In this document: piece after piece, positions 13,913 to 27,100 of the stretch
How positions within the stretch are numbered: the first letter of the stretch is position 1
Layout: each line of letters starts with the position of its first letter
Assembly (NCBI GenBank): GCA_034780895.1
Contig: JAUZTB010000048.1
Coordinates: 33,071,309 to 33,135,308, forward strand
Reading direction: 5' to 3'
Source of the DNA: Rhynchobatus australiae
Lineage: Eukaryota
Length of the DNA stretch: 64,000 nt
Made by a program: the position numbers and the translations under genes
The notes under the pieces: generated by a model
Seen by the model: the letters and a program-made list of their open reading frames with translations, nothing else
Databases searched by the model: none
Told to the model about the DNA's origin: nothing

Positions 13913-15852
13913 CTCAGCTGATTCAAACCCTGGTGCTGCTATCATTTTCCATATCAAATTCTGCTTATCAATCATCTGTCTCAATACTTTGAATGCCAGT
14001 GACCTATAGCTTAAAATTGATGATGTCTTGTTATCTTCACAATTTTCTGAGTGTTCCTACACCATGTAACTATAAACACTGCAGTATTTTTAAGTCCAAT
14101 ATACCTGGTACATTTTATTCACTTTGTGTCACCATTACATATCCACTGGGGGTCTCAAGTCAAAAGGTGAGGAAGGAAGAGGATGATGAAGAGGATGAGT
14201 AGGAAACCTACTGCCATAGCAATGCCATTACCAGCAAGAACTCTATCTCCCAACAGCAATTATCTTCCAGTGACCACAGGGAGTCATAGCCCATATGAGC
14301 ACCTACTCACCAACAACTAACCCAACATTTGTTGATCAGCTAACATCAAAAATAAATAACATCAGCATTTATTTCAGACCTTTGAGTGCCTACACAAATT
14401 GGCTGTGTTACATTTACTGGCTATAAAGTATACTGGCAAGTCAAGAGGTCTGAAACTAAAATCAATGCAAGTTCTTTTTTTTCCTTCCATAATCTATGAC
14501 AAATGCACTGGATGGATAAAAGACCATATAAAATCAAAACAGAATCTGTAACATTGGAAAAAAAATGCAAGATATTTATTTGGTACTCAATGCATTTAAC
14601 TGCTACATTTAATCACATACATGCAACTTTGTATTCATTAACAAACACAGGAAGTTCCCAACTCTTTCCTGAAAGATCTATTTTTATAGATTTGAGATTA
14701 GACAGAACTCAAAATAGATGAGGAAAAATAATTTAATCACTGGTCTTTATAATTTTGATGCCAACTAATTTGAATTAGAAGCATCTCATACTAAATTCTA
14801 CCAGAATAACTTAAACAAGTTAAGCTGTGAGAAAGCTGTTCAAGGCAAGTAAATGCAGTTTCCTACACTCCCATCTGCACTGAAACTCCAAACATACAGA
14901 TCCCACACTGTTTTAACTGTATCCTACTCAGTGCCAAGTAAAACATTTTTGAATGAAGTAAAGAAAATGTTAAATTCTGGAAATACAACCACAGTACAAT
15001 TCTTTTAATTTATTACTGAACATACATCATTCACAGAAAAGCTTATGGCAAGTAACAAAGCAAATAAGTTTTAAAAACTTCTAAAGATAATTTTTAAGAA
15101 ATCATGATGCCACTGCAAATTTAAAAAAAATACAGAATAGGCAAAGAAATATGTACAAATGTTTGGATCTTTATAAAATTATGGGAAAATGCAGCACAAC
15201 AAGAGGCCAATCAGCCCTTCAGCACTGCAGATTCTCCTTTAAAGAGACATCTCTATTCTTCTAGCTTATCTGCAAGTATTTTTACTTCAATTACTCATCC
15301 AATTCCCTCTTAAGGGCTATTACCGAATCTGCTTCCACTNNNNNNNNNNNNNNNNNNNNNNNNNNNNNNNNNNNCACTGTGCAAAATGTTTTTCTTCATA
15401 TCACCACTGTGCCTTTAGATAGTCCACTCTTCATCCTTTCTCTTTTTGCAAACTTTGTTTCTGATTTCTGCCAGTATGATGTAGTCTTCAAGTATCTCTT
15501 CTTGTTCTTCAACATGCTCATTGTATTTAATGTTAAAACTAAAATTCATTCCACTATTTCCTATTCTTTAGTTTCCCAGAATCTATCTCCCACTGCTGCT
15601 TCAGTCCATTAGCTACTGAAATATTACTATGTTACTATCTTCTGATTGACATCCTATTCCATTGTTTTCTACATATGTACATAAACATTAATTCTACATT
15701 TGAGTTCATCCATTAACAAAAAAAATCCTCTCCAATTTGAACCCCTGAATCCCATTTTCATCTCCTGGGAATATAACTGAAGACCGGTGGTCATAATACT
15801 GGTTCATTACAAATATTGTCAATATTGTGTCAGAAATTGCAACTTCAAGTAT

Positions 15853-16103
15853 GGGGCGGCACAGTAGCGTAGCGGTTAGCGCGATGCTATTACAGCGCCA
15901 GCGATCGGGGTTCGATTCCCGTCGCTGTCTGTAAGGAGCTTGTACGTTCTCCCGTGTCTGCGTGGGTTTCCTCTGGGTGCTCCAGTTTCCTCCCACATTC
16001 TAAAAACATATGGGTAGGTTAACATGGGGTTTAGAATGGGTGGCGCAGACCCGTTGGGCCGGAAGGGCCTGTTACCACGCCGTAAATAAAATTTAAAAAT
16101 TTA
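15853..16103 (+). mobile_element. Young tRNA-derived V-SINE (HE1-like) with CR1-type tail
   Basis: tRNA-like head with A box tagcgtagcgg and B box ggttcgattcc, V-domain cgtgggtttcctctgggtgctccagtttcctcccac, tail gggccggaagggcctgtt. CpGs retained. AAGT repeated at 15847-15850 and 16104-16107. Confidence 0.9.
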
Positions 16104-18410
16104 AAGTCCTACTCCAGAAACGCGAGCACAGAATCTAGGCTGAAACCTCTTGCGCAGTCCACAAGAAATGTCGGACCAGAGATCCTATGCTCTGATGAGA
16201 CAACAAAGCACTTTGTTTAAAACAAAAATAAAGTTCACTTTACATTGTTGTTACTAATATCGAGCTAAAACCATGTATCAGAAGCACTAATGAAAAAACT
16301 ATATGTTCTATTGCTAACAATTAGAAACACAGTCTTTACGAAACAAGGTTATGAATGTAGTGTGTCTCCATGATACATTTAGAAGATGTGTTTTGACATG
16401 TGTGGGTCTAATCAAAGATAGGTCATCACACATATGAAACAAATGTCACTGGAAGAGAATTGTGGAAAAAATTTACACAAGGTAAATGACGAAAAAAACA
16501 AGACAGCTGAAATAAGTGAGAGCAATATTTAGCACAGTAGTCAGGGAAGGAAAATAATTCCAGGTGCAAAGTCCAAGAAATTTTGGAAAACATCTCAAAT
16601 GGACTCTAATATGCTGTGAACAAAAATCATGTGAAAAGAAAGTAGCCTGCCAATGTGGGATTGAAAAGGCAATCAATGTATGCATTAAATGGATCCACCA
16701 AATATTTAATGTCCATCCAATGGTGCTAAAGCCACACTATAGCAACATAAGGCAGATGAAGAAACTATAAGACTAAGTCAAAGATCACATTGTGACACTT
16801 GATGTTGTTGGATCTGCAAGAGTTCTACAAGTTCATAAAGAAGTGAAATTTCAGCCAGGTTGTCATCACTCTGTGAGCATTCTACCAAAATCTGTAATAG
16901 CTCAACGTAGCAACACACCTGAAGACTGCACATAGCCAAGAACGCTAAATTAAGCTACAAGACAAGAAGGCACTGAGATCAATGCCCACTCCACATCTTA
17001 ACATCCACAATCCACTCCTGATAAATAAGCAGCATATATTAAACAGTACTCTGCTTGTTGGTCGATCCTAGGACCTAAATGTCATTTAGCATATCAAAAT
17101 ATTGATAGTTACTCACAAGAACATGTTGACAGATGATTCTCTAACATTAATCCACAGCTTTCTGAAGCTCTTGCATGGCATTATTACTGATGCAGAATTA
17201 TTAACAATGCTTGTACTAAAACAGCCAAGGAAAAACTATTCCCAATTAGTCAGTGCAATAGAGTTTAGTCTGCACATTAGAAGCAAAGGAGAGCCTATCA
17301 AATGCCTTCTAAAGCACCTTTGGTATTTTTTTATTTTTTTATTTACAAGGTTTAATATATTTCCAGAGTCTCTATAACTTCTGAGAAATTTCAGAAAGGA
17401 TTTCTTGAAACAGTTCTAAACATTAAAGTTGTTGCCATCACAGCAGATGAGAATTTAATCCATGGTGTAGAGAGGTAAGCCAATAAATGAAACTAGAGAT
17501 CTACCAGAAACCATACCAGAGAAACAAAGCTAAAGCTAAGTTGAAAGAAAGGGACAAAATATTTGGGCACAGGGATCATTTGAAAATAGGGATAGACAGG
17601 CCCTTCAAAAACTTAAATTCTGTTCAAAATACTTTCTAACAGAAAAGTTATTTAGATGATTGCTGGAATGAGCACTTATCAGTTTACATTGAAATTATCA
17701 GGACAACCACTTCACTTTGAGACAAACAGCAGAAGTGTAATAAGGAAGTGTCACCCAAGGAAATGTCCAGATGAAATGGGAATCATTTCAATCACTGATT
17801 AATGCTTTATATCAATATTTNNNNNNNNNNNNNNNNNNNNNNNNNNNNNNNNNNNNNNNNNNNNNNNNNNNNNNNNNNNNNNNNNNNNNNNNNNNNNNNN
17901 NNNNNNNNNNNNNNNNNNNNNNNNNNNNNNNNNNNNNNNNNNNNNNNNNNNNNNNNNNNNNNNNNNNNNNNNNNNNNNNNNNNNNNNNNNNNNNNNNNNN
18001 NNNNNNNNNNNNNNNNNNNNNNNNNNNNNNNNNNNNNNNNNNNNNNNNNNNNNNNNNNNNNNNNNNNNNNNNNNNNNNNNNNNNNNNNNNNNNNNNNNNN
18101 NNNNNNNNNNNNNNNNNNNNNNNNNNNNNNNNNNNNNNNNNNNNNNNNNNNNNNNNNNNNNNNNNNNNNNNNNNNNNNNNNNNNNNNNNNNNNNNNNNNN
18201 NNNNNNNNNNNNNNNNNNNNNNNNNNNNNNNNNNNNNNNNNNNNNNNNNNNNNNNNNNNNNNNNNNNNNNNNNNNNNNACAACAGGGCAGAGAATGCTGC
18301 TGTTGAATCAAGAATGTTGAAAAGAAAACCACACAGGTTTTGCTTGAACACTCAAAGTGAACTATTTTAGTGATATGTCCTGGTAAAAAAAAAACAAAGA
18401 ATTTCAGTTA

Positions 18411-18731
18411 CAGGCCATCCCCAGGTTAAGAACATCCAACTTAATGGACACCCCTACATACGAATGAGTTACCATAATATTATTAAATTCCAAAGTCTGA
18501 AGTACATACATATATACTTTCCTATGAATGGTGGAACTTGTTTCCACTCTCTCTTTACTTTTAGTAATTGTTTTTTTAAAATCAATCTTGTGCTTTTGAA
18601 GCCATTACAATAACATGGAGGTATGATTACCATATTGACTGATTTTGGTGTATTTTTTAACTTATGGACAAAAGAAAAGACTTTTGGATGTCTCTAAAAA
18701 TGGAACCCGTTTGTTACCTGGGGACACCCAG
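18411..18731. mobile_element. Tigger/pogo-like MITE, degenerate
   Basis: TA-caggccatccccaggttaagaac at the left and gtttgttacctggggac at the right. The TIR is related to that of the 30524-30801 element. Confidence 0.6.
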
Positions 18732-21094
18732 AATACATAACACAAATGACCCAAATGCAACAAAGGTATCCAGAAATATCAAAAGAAAAGTGCAATCAAC
18801 AAAAACAGCATTAACTGAGGTCCTGAGTGGCCAAACTTCTTGGGAACAGTATTAAGCAGAGGTTCAAAACATTCACAAAAACTTTACCCATCAGTGACTT
18901 TGAACAGTAAATACTGAAAAGGTAAGGCTTTGCAGTGGACACTGATCTTATGCATGCTCAGTTCTTACTTACGAGCTTGGTCTCAATAAGAAAGATATTT
19001 TGGTATTGGTAAAAATTAGTACCATAACAAAATACCAGTAGTTTTCCAGTTTTATGAATCCAAGTGTTTACATATAACTGNNNNNNNNNNCTAAGCAATC
19101 TTCCTAAATCCAAGTTTTTCCACTAGTTCACTACTGCCTGAATTTATCACTAAAATGTATTTAAATGTGTTCAAAAAGTCAAGGTATTATTTACTGAAAG
19201 GAAAACTCTTTAATATTTTACATATTTCTGGAATTATGCAACAGCTAATGATGCTCTCAGAAAATCTGCATACACTGCACTTCGCACACACAAATATCTA
19301 AATAGGTTTTTAATAAATGGGGCAGCAGAGGACANNNNNNNNNNNNNNNNNNNGATTGATCATCATCCATTATTTGGTAAGCAAAAATGCTTACCATCTC
19401 AAATGCTCTTTGAGCATTGGCCACAACTAAATTTAAACAATTAAATTTCTTGCCAAACCAACAGGTACTAATGAACTTTCAATGTGCAACCAGAAAGTTC
19501 TGTTTTACGGTGTTTGTTCAATTCAAACGCCCAAGTGAGGTCATAATGTAGCCAAGACTGTATTAACTGATTTTACTTAACACTATGAGCCCAAGATGCA
19601 GGCTTTGTAGTGTTAAATGATTGTTCATGAATGCAAATGTCACAAGCAAGGTCAGCTTTTATTTCCCAGGCTTAGCTGTCCAAGTAGGTGGTGACAGATC
19701 ATCGTCTTGAATGACTGCAGTCCATGTGATGAAAGATACATTCTGTGCTGTGCCAGCATTAATGAAAACAACAGTGATAATGTCTGAGTCAGGATGCTGT
19801 GCAGCTTAGGAGTAGGTTAAAGAAGTTTTGGAGATTTGCTGTATAGCATCATGTAGATGGCAACAGTGCATCGGTAGTGGAGGAAGTGAAGGTTTAAGGT
19901 TGTGTTCAAGATGCCAAAAATGTAGACCACTTTGTTCTAGATAAAAGTTCTGAACTTCTTGAATGTTGTTGGAGCTGCCTTCTTCTGTCTTGTAGATACT
20001 GGAAAGGTTTACTGAAGTCAGCACATAGTCTCACTCACCAATGAATGGCCAGCTTTTGACCTGTTCTTTTCGTCTCAGTATTGATGTGAAAATAATACCA
20101 AGTGTGGAATACTTCACTTAATAAGTCAAAGTTTGTGGATACCTCTAACATAATATTTTTGCCTTTTCATGTGCACTAGCAAATTCTCTCTCTATGGGAA
20201 CCAAATCTGTTCATCAATTGTTAAATACAAAAAAAATCAGACCAGTAAAAAGAAAAAGACTAAAACTAGTTTTGTTGCAGGAATGGGAATAATCTTGGCC
20301 ACAAATGAATATGTAGTAAATGCAAATTTCAAAAGTCAACTGCACTTGGTTTCCCGTGAAAATCTAGAAACATTATTCATGTTTCTGCATAACTGCAATT
20401 TGTCAAAATTTGAATCAATTTCTGGAGGAGCTATCCGCACCAGCCAGCTAGTGACTGGGTCCACACTCCTTGCAAATCTGTTTTATGATGGATAAATATT
20501 GGAATCAAGATCTTTAGCGACAACTTTTTGAGTTGCTTTAGAACACCACCACCATCTTCAAACTCTAGTAGACCAATTTCTAGTCATTAATCTAAGAATT
20601 TAAATCCTGCCCTTATTGAAATTAGCTTAATCCACAGATACCAATAAATCTTAAGATCTTTCATAGTCTTATCTCTCAGTCCCATTTTTAAGTGTATAAA
20701 CTACCTGGAGGATATTATGTTCAAGCAGAAAAATGTTACCCGAACCTGTGTATTTGAAATAACAAAAAGGTTTGTTTGGCATTAAATAATNNNNNNNNNN
20801 NNNNNNNNNNNNNNNNNNNNNNNNNNNNNNNNNNNNNNNNNNNNNNNNNNNNNNNNNNNNNNNNNNNNNNNNNNNNNNNNNNNNNNNNNNNNNNNNNNNN
20901 NNNNNNNNNNNNNNNNNNNNNNNNNNNNNNNTGTGCAGTGCAAGATACTTGAAAAGTTTTGGTCCAAGTTTAAAACGCTGTATATTAAGAAATAGTGATG
21001 CAGTATGTTTCATCTCTAGATTCTAGCAAAGGGAAGGGATTGATATTGGATAAAAATGATCTGAGCCATGGCAATGATCGATTCATAAGCTGAC

Positions 21095-21335
21095 ATTCTC
21101 ATAATCAGAAGGTTGAAGATCCAAGGTCCACTCCACTTGAGGAAAGACATATGGATGACATTTCAGTGCAGTGCAGAGGAAGTACTGTTTTACTAATGGT
21201 GCTGTCTTTCAGATGGGAGGCTAAACCATGGATTTGCCTGCCTCTTCAGACTTGTGCGAGATTCTATGATGTTGCTTGACTCATAGCAAAGGAGTTCACC
21301 CTGATGCCCTACCCAAACTCAACCCTCAACTCAAC
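21095..21335 (+). mobile_element. Deu-SINE (SacSINE1/AmnSINE-like) relic
   Basis: tcagaaggtt..ccactcca..cagtgcagt..gtgctgtctttcagatg..taaacc..ggagtt..ccctcaac resembles the recalled Deu-domain consensus. Confidence 0.6.
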
Positions 21336-22320
21336 GTCTTTGAGTTTCTACAATCTGATTGTCTACAATCCATGAACTAGCTAAGAAATGTTTTTGTATT
21401 ATGTAAATGAAATTTTTTCTTTCTAATTTCTCAACAAATTTCAGCTGGTGAGAAAAGTAGAACCAACCAAGCCAAATCCTATCAACTGACCATCTGTAGA
21501 AAGCGCCGAAGTNNNNTGTGGTGTGGTGTGGAGAATTGTGTGCCCCATGGTTAAACATCTTGCTACTGGCTAACAGCTGAAGTATTTTAGCATGTTATTA
21601 GACAAAGAGAGGAAGAAATAAATTCACTTTTTATACAATTGAGGGATATTTAACACTCCCATACACAAGAAATATTGTAATTGTATCAAAATTTTAAAAA
21701 TATTTTTTTTAAATTTTCAATGTTAACAGAATTGAACAAAAAGAAATGAAGAATACATGGTGATCCAGGATAAGATAATCATTAAAGGAAGGTTTGTATT
21801 TTTAAATAAGTAATATATATGACTGGTTTAGTAAAAGAACTGCACTTTTTTAAAAAAGGTTGAGAGCAATATTGCAAATTACGGAGTTCACATTGATCCC
21901 TCAGCAACACTAATATTCACTCCTGTTGTACATGTAAAATTAAAACTGTTATAGATAGGATTTAGATTCAATATAGGCAGGAAAAATTATTGGATTATCA
22001 ATATGGCATTGTACCCAGATCAAATGAATCAATTTGTCCTATTGAAAGTCACAGGCTTGTGTACACAAATAAACTTCAAGAGTTATACTTCAGTGATTTT
22101 TTTAAAAAAAATTTAGGAAGTTTTAGAATGATAAAGCCATGCTTGATCTTGCATTACTAGCTCCTCGATTTTTGATTGATGTCAGCACAAGGTATGACCC
22201 TATTTCAGACCACTGGATAAGTGGACATGTCACTAAGACTCCAAGTTCCCAATTTCAGAAAAACATCTGTGAAATGTGACGCACAGAAGTTGTGCGCACA
22301 TTCACCTAGATCTCACCGAG

Positions 22321-22526
22321 ACACAAGAGACTGTAGATGCTGGATTCTGGAGCAGCAAACAATCTGCTGGAGGAACTCAGCAGCAGATCAAACAGCATCT
22401 GTGGTGGGGGGTGCTGGGGGTACATGGAATTGACATTTCTGGTTGAAACCCTGCATCAGGACCCCGCCCCACCCCACACACACACAGATACTGCTCAGCT
22501 CACCCAGTTCCTCCAGTAGATTGTTT
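22321..22526. mobile_element. Short fold-back element derived from the Penelope terminal repeat
   Basis: Arms aaacaatctgctggaggaact (from 22357) and agttcctccagtagattgttt (to 22526) are inverted repeats. The left part is similar to 12584-12675. Confidence 0.8.
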
Positions 22527-24320
22527 ACATCTCATTGTGTTTGATAATGAACGCCCAGAGCACTGGTCCCCTATCACTAAGTTTAGTTAGAAGAATACAA
22601 GCAATGTTCCCACATAACCTAGGATATCTCAATTAACAAAAGTTATTGAGATCTTGAAAATTGAGTACTTTTAAGATGAAGCTTTGCAGCCAATTTAAAA
22701 TTGGCATTGGTGTGTGACTGCTTCATGACAGGGGTCTTACATACCACTTGACCTTAATGAGCTTGGATATCAGATGATAATCAGACACAGAGCTTGTAAT
22801 GTCAATTGTGTGTTAACATGCACCCAGTAGAGTCTCAGATTCAATTTAGAAGGAAATTAATTTACTAACAGACCACCTTCCAACATGTCACATGCATAGT
22901 GTTGTGTCTAAAGAACACAAACGGGTATGATAAACAGGTACAGTTTTAGAAATACTGAGAAAGCTACCTACCATCTTTACAAGCAGAACAAACAGTTAAC
23001 ACAATTAAAAGTACTGGTAAATAAACCACTCTAACTTTCTCATCACACAAGTAGAGAATAAAACTTTGCTAATGCAAAACTTTTTTTCTAAGTTATAAGC
23101 TGCATTACACCAACTTTTAAAACTGCAAATTATAAGCAGATCATGACAAACTTAGTCAGATTTAGATGTCAATTCATAACAGCCCCAAATCCTTGTTATT
23201 TTGTTATCTACCAATTGTTCAATATGTTGCTGCACAGTGAGGTTCAACCATAGAGCATGTCTAAGGTTTTAGCTACAAAATGTTTTTTAGTGCTTTTATC
23301 TAATGAAATCAAATTAAAATGCTATTTACTGGCAATATGATGTTACTGTACACTTTAAACTAGCTGTAGCACATGTCCCATTTTGGCTTTAAAAAAACGA
23401 AGTAATCATGTCAACATAACTCAATACAGAGGAGGAAGAAATTTGGAAAAACTCTAAAATTAGTTAGAGGTTAGGGTTGTCTAAGTTTGGACTGGAGGAG
23501 AGAAAAATGTTACTCACTGATACAAGAACAGGCAATGTAAAGCAAAGTGTGACATTGGCAATTTTCTGCAAATATGAATCGTTATCTTGTTTTACTGCTC
23601 AAATAGCTTCTTATATTAGTGCATCCAGCTTGTAAAGCCACATTCTGCTTCTTATTCAATAAATTCAATAATTGTAATGCACTTTTGGACAATAACTACC
23701 ACACTTATTAACTAACAATTCTTGAACTATACAACCTGAGCTGAATAACTGTACAACTTAATATTTTAAATATTGAGCAAATATTAAAAATACATTCATC
23801 AAAAAGTTTTCCACTAAAATCAAAGCACTACCACTAACACCTTCAAAAGGAAATTTTCTGTAGGAAAGGAAACATTCCTGTAACAAGGGCATTTCCAGTG
23901 ATAAAAGGCAAGTGTTAATTGTGATTAGGTGAAGTTATGGGCTACAATGATCTCCTGGAGGTTTGTTCAATTGCCTTCTGGTGTTTCAGAGAATTTACTG
24001 TTAGGTTATTTTCCAGAAGATTCCATGGTTAGGTTCCAGAACAGGATTTAAAATAAAAATCACAAAAAAATTGCAGATGCTGGAAAATAAAAGGACCTTT
24101 GACCTGAAACCTTAAGTTTCTATTTCCACAGTTGCTGCCTGACCTGCACTATTTTTCCACCCTTTTCTGATAAGGATTGTTGCTCATAGATGGTGTTTTT
24201 ATTTTTATTTTTTTGTCAACAATTCAAAATGATAACCATGAAATAATCATGGGGTAATGCAGCTTGATAAGATTATTAAGCATCAGAGAATGAACTGGAC
24301 AGATTCAGATGTTACTATAC

Positions 24321-24466
24321 CTGCTCTTTACTAGAATTGGCTAAACCAGGTTTCTTCTTCTTTTTAATGGGACTCAATGAATCATCTTGTGGAGAGTGTC
24401 CATTTGAAGAAGGCTGGGGGCTAAGCTGTTTTCTTTTCAGACCCGTACGTTCTCCAGAACCAAGAT
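24321..24466 (-). CDS. ZMYND8: ZMYND8 coding exon 3: (D)LGSGERTGLKRKQLSPQPSSNGHSPQDDSLSPIKKKKKPGLANSSKEQ
   Basis: 146 nt, acceptor tatttttcag and donor gtatag, phase 1/0. Contains the SSNGHSPQD and SPIKKKKKPGL (NLS-like) motifs of ZMYND8. Not in the ORF track. Confidence 0.96.
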
Positions 24467-24869
24467 CTGAAAAATAAACTCAAAACATTAAACCAAGAAA
24501 ACACCAACCACTCATGGCAACAAAATTATAGAAATTCACTAAGAGAAAGCAACTTCTGTGAAAATCCTGCGTTTTGATAACTACTCTAGTTATCAAAAGG
24601 TAACTTTTGATAACTTTTTTTCTCTGTAGTTGAGGAAGGCTCACTTATGTTTCTCTTTATGTCTCAAGTACCTCTGTAAAATGTGCTAACACAAAAAACA
24701 ATTCTTTGTTGCCTACCCTCTCCCAATTCTTAGAACTATAACAAACATATGCAAATATCCTCAGGACACTTAACAGTGGTAAAATCTTAATAAACCATAG
24801 GAACACTTAGTAAGATAAGATGGACTCATCGTACTATGGTCCCCTAGTATAAGGTCAACTTTTGACCTC

Positions 24870-25066
24870 ACAATCTACCTCATTATGGCCTTGCACCTTA
24901 TTGTCTTGCCTGTACTCACTTTCTCTGTAATCTGTATCTGTAACACTTTATTCTGCATTCTGTTATTGCTTTTCTCTTGTACTGTTGTAATAAAATGATC
25001 TGTATGGATGGCATGCAAAAAAGTTTTTCACAGTACCTCAGTACATGTGACAATAATAAACCAATT
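24870..25066 (+). mobile_element. LINE 3' UTR/tail fragment, clade undetermined
   Basis: gccttgcaccttattgtc...ctgtatggatggcatgcaaaa..ttttcacagtacctcagtacatgtgacaataataaacca, a recurrent elasmobranch-type LINE terminus (recalled). Confidence 0.6.
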
Positions 25067-26877
25067 TACTGAGTATTATCTTACGAATTGAGAAGGGCAT
25101 CTTATTAACCATGGTTATTGGGTCCAACTGTCTGGGAATGCAAAGTAGGAATCTTAAGAATAAAAGAGGAAAATTAAGCAAAACTTTTCCACCAAAAGGG
25201 AAGTGGGCTGTGGAATATATTACCAGGGAAGTTTGCTGTAATACAGGCAGGTAAGTACGTACAAGGTCCATTATGTTAGAAGAGAGAAAAATAAAAACAC
25301 CAAGAAGAAAATACAGGCATTCACTCTGAATAAAAAATGATCTTAATAAGCAGAATATCCCTTAACAGTTCCAATAAGTCTGCACTTATGAAATGATGGT
25401 CAGTATACATCTTGATTTTGCATTCATTAGTGAACCAGCATTTCTTGCTCTTCATTACTCTTATGGTTGCCAATGGGTATCAGAAATCTTAAGTTGCGTG
25501 GCAATCATTACACGATCTATAGAACTAGCAACAGCATGTTCCTTCAACCAACAGTTCACTACTGTTTATAGCATCTCCAATAATTTAAACTCTAAAGGAA
25601 CAAAACTCCACACTTATAACTGTCCTATATTGGAGAAATTTTTGCTAATAACTAACACATATGATTCACTAAAAATAACTTATATTTAAATGATTAAGCT
25701 GTCACGTGTGCTGACAGTTTGTATGCATCTAGTATGTACGTGGCCAAATTCCCACCTTAGTCTCTTGGAAAGTAACAGCTATAACAAAAGATTACTCCCT
25801 AAGAATAGTGAGTACCAAATATCCCACAAAGTCCAGGACAACATATCTGAAGATTAGTGATCCTTGTAAGTGAAGTATCTCTTTTATTAATTCTTTAATT
25901 ACCTTCTGTTATGTAACTAAATAAATTACAAACACCCAAATTGTTCCTGCTCCAAGAGCAGTCCGAAGCATTTTCACCATACAAGCAAATCACTAAGTTT
26001 CTGTTCAGTTATTATAATGATAATGAATTCCATTAATATCTATCTTCCATATGCAGGCTCAGCATTTTCATTCATTTAAAGTAGTCACATTAGGGACTCA
26101 GTCTATGGATATATTATAAATATTTGTGATTGCAAAAGCAGCATTCTATTTTGGGAGAAAATGCAACATGGAAGAACATTCATCTCATTGAGCCACTATT
26201 CCCAAAAGGCAACAAAAGCGATCCAAATCTAGGCCCACACAGATTGCCATTGAAATTATGTATTCAGGACTGGAATGTTTTACATGTTTTATTTTGTAAG
26301 GAATCTTATTACCGAAAACCAAGTCAAACACATATTTCTTATTAGTGATAGCGCAGAGAAGAGCTAATGTAATAGCTGCTGCTCTTATGAAGCATGTTCA
26401 AATCTTTGCAATATTCTCCCATCACATTAATCAGTGCTTAAACATCTTAATGGCCAATTACTTCCATCTGAACAGGACAATAATTTCACTCAACATTCCA
26501 AACCACTGTCCTTAGGAAGGCCAAGCACCTCAATGTCTCCATTTTCTGCTGAGACCAATAAGCTTAAAAAGACTGCAGGTGGCACGTCACCCACAGGAGA
26601 GACCTGCCATACAAGTCAAATGCTGCACAAAAATATGGCTGAAGAATTTCAGCTTCCATTTTCAGGCTGGCAGCGGTCCTGTTGGTTCTCGACCACTCAG
26701 AATGAGCAGACCCAATATGAACATGTACTCTTGAGACCTTTCCAACAATGCTGGCTGCAGTCATGATGCTCAAGTTCAGACAGCTGACCACATCATCTAC
26801 GAATGCCTTCATACTACTCATTCAGGCACCGAAATTCTTATTGATATTGGCAATTCTATCTGCTGCAGGCTCCCTGG

Positions 26878-27100
26878 TCCAGAGAGTGGTTGGGGCATGG
26901 AATGCACTGCCTAGGGTGGTGGTGGAGGCAGGTACATTGGTCAAATTCAAGAGCTTGCTAGATAAGCATATGGAGGAATTTAAAATAGAGGGATATGTGG
27001 GGGGAAGGAGTTATATAGCTTTTAGGCAAGGCTTAAAGGTTGGCACAACATTGTGGGCTGAAGGGCCTGTATTGTGCTGTACTGTTCTATGATTCTATGA
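26878..27100 (+). mobile_element. CR1 LINE 3' end, 5'-truncated
   Basis: QRVVGAWNALPRVVVEAGTLVKFKSLLDKHM followed by gggctgaagggcctgt...ttctatgattctatga terminal repeats. Confidence 0.88.

Noticed and set aside
15853-15925. tRNA gene
   Set aside because: A and B boxes are present, but the sequence runs straight into a SINE V-domain and tail and lacks a proper cloverleaf acceptor stem.
17771-18370. Long ORFs containing X runs (also near 4.0, 20.8, 42.5, 44.8, 45.2, 57.0, 59.0 and 62.1 kb)
   Set aside because: They are open only because they run through N gaps.
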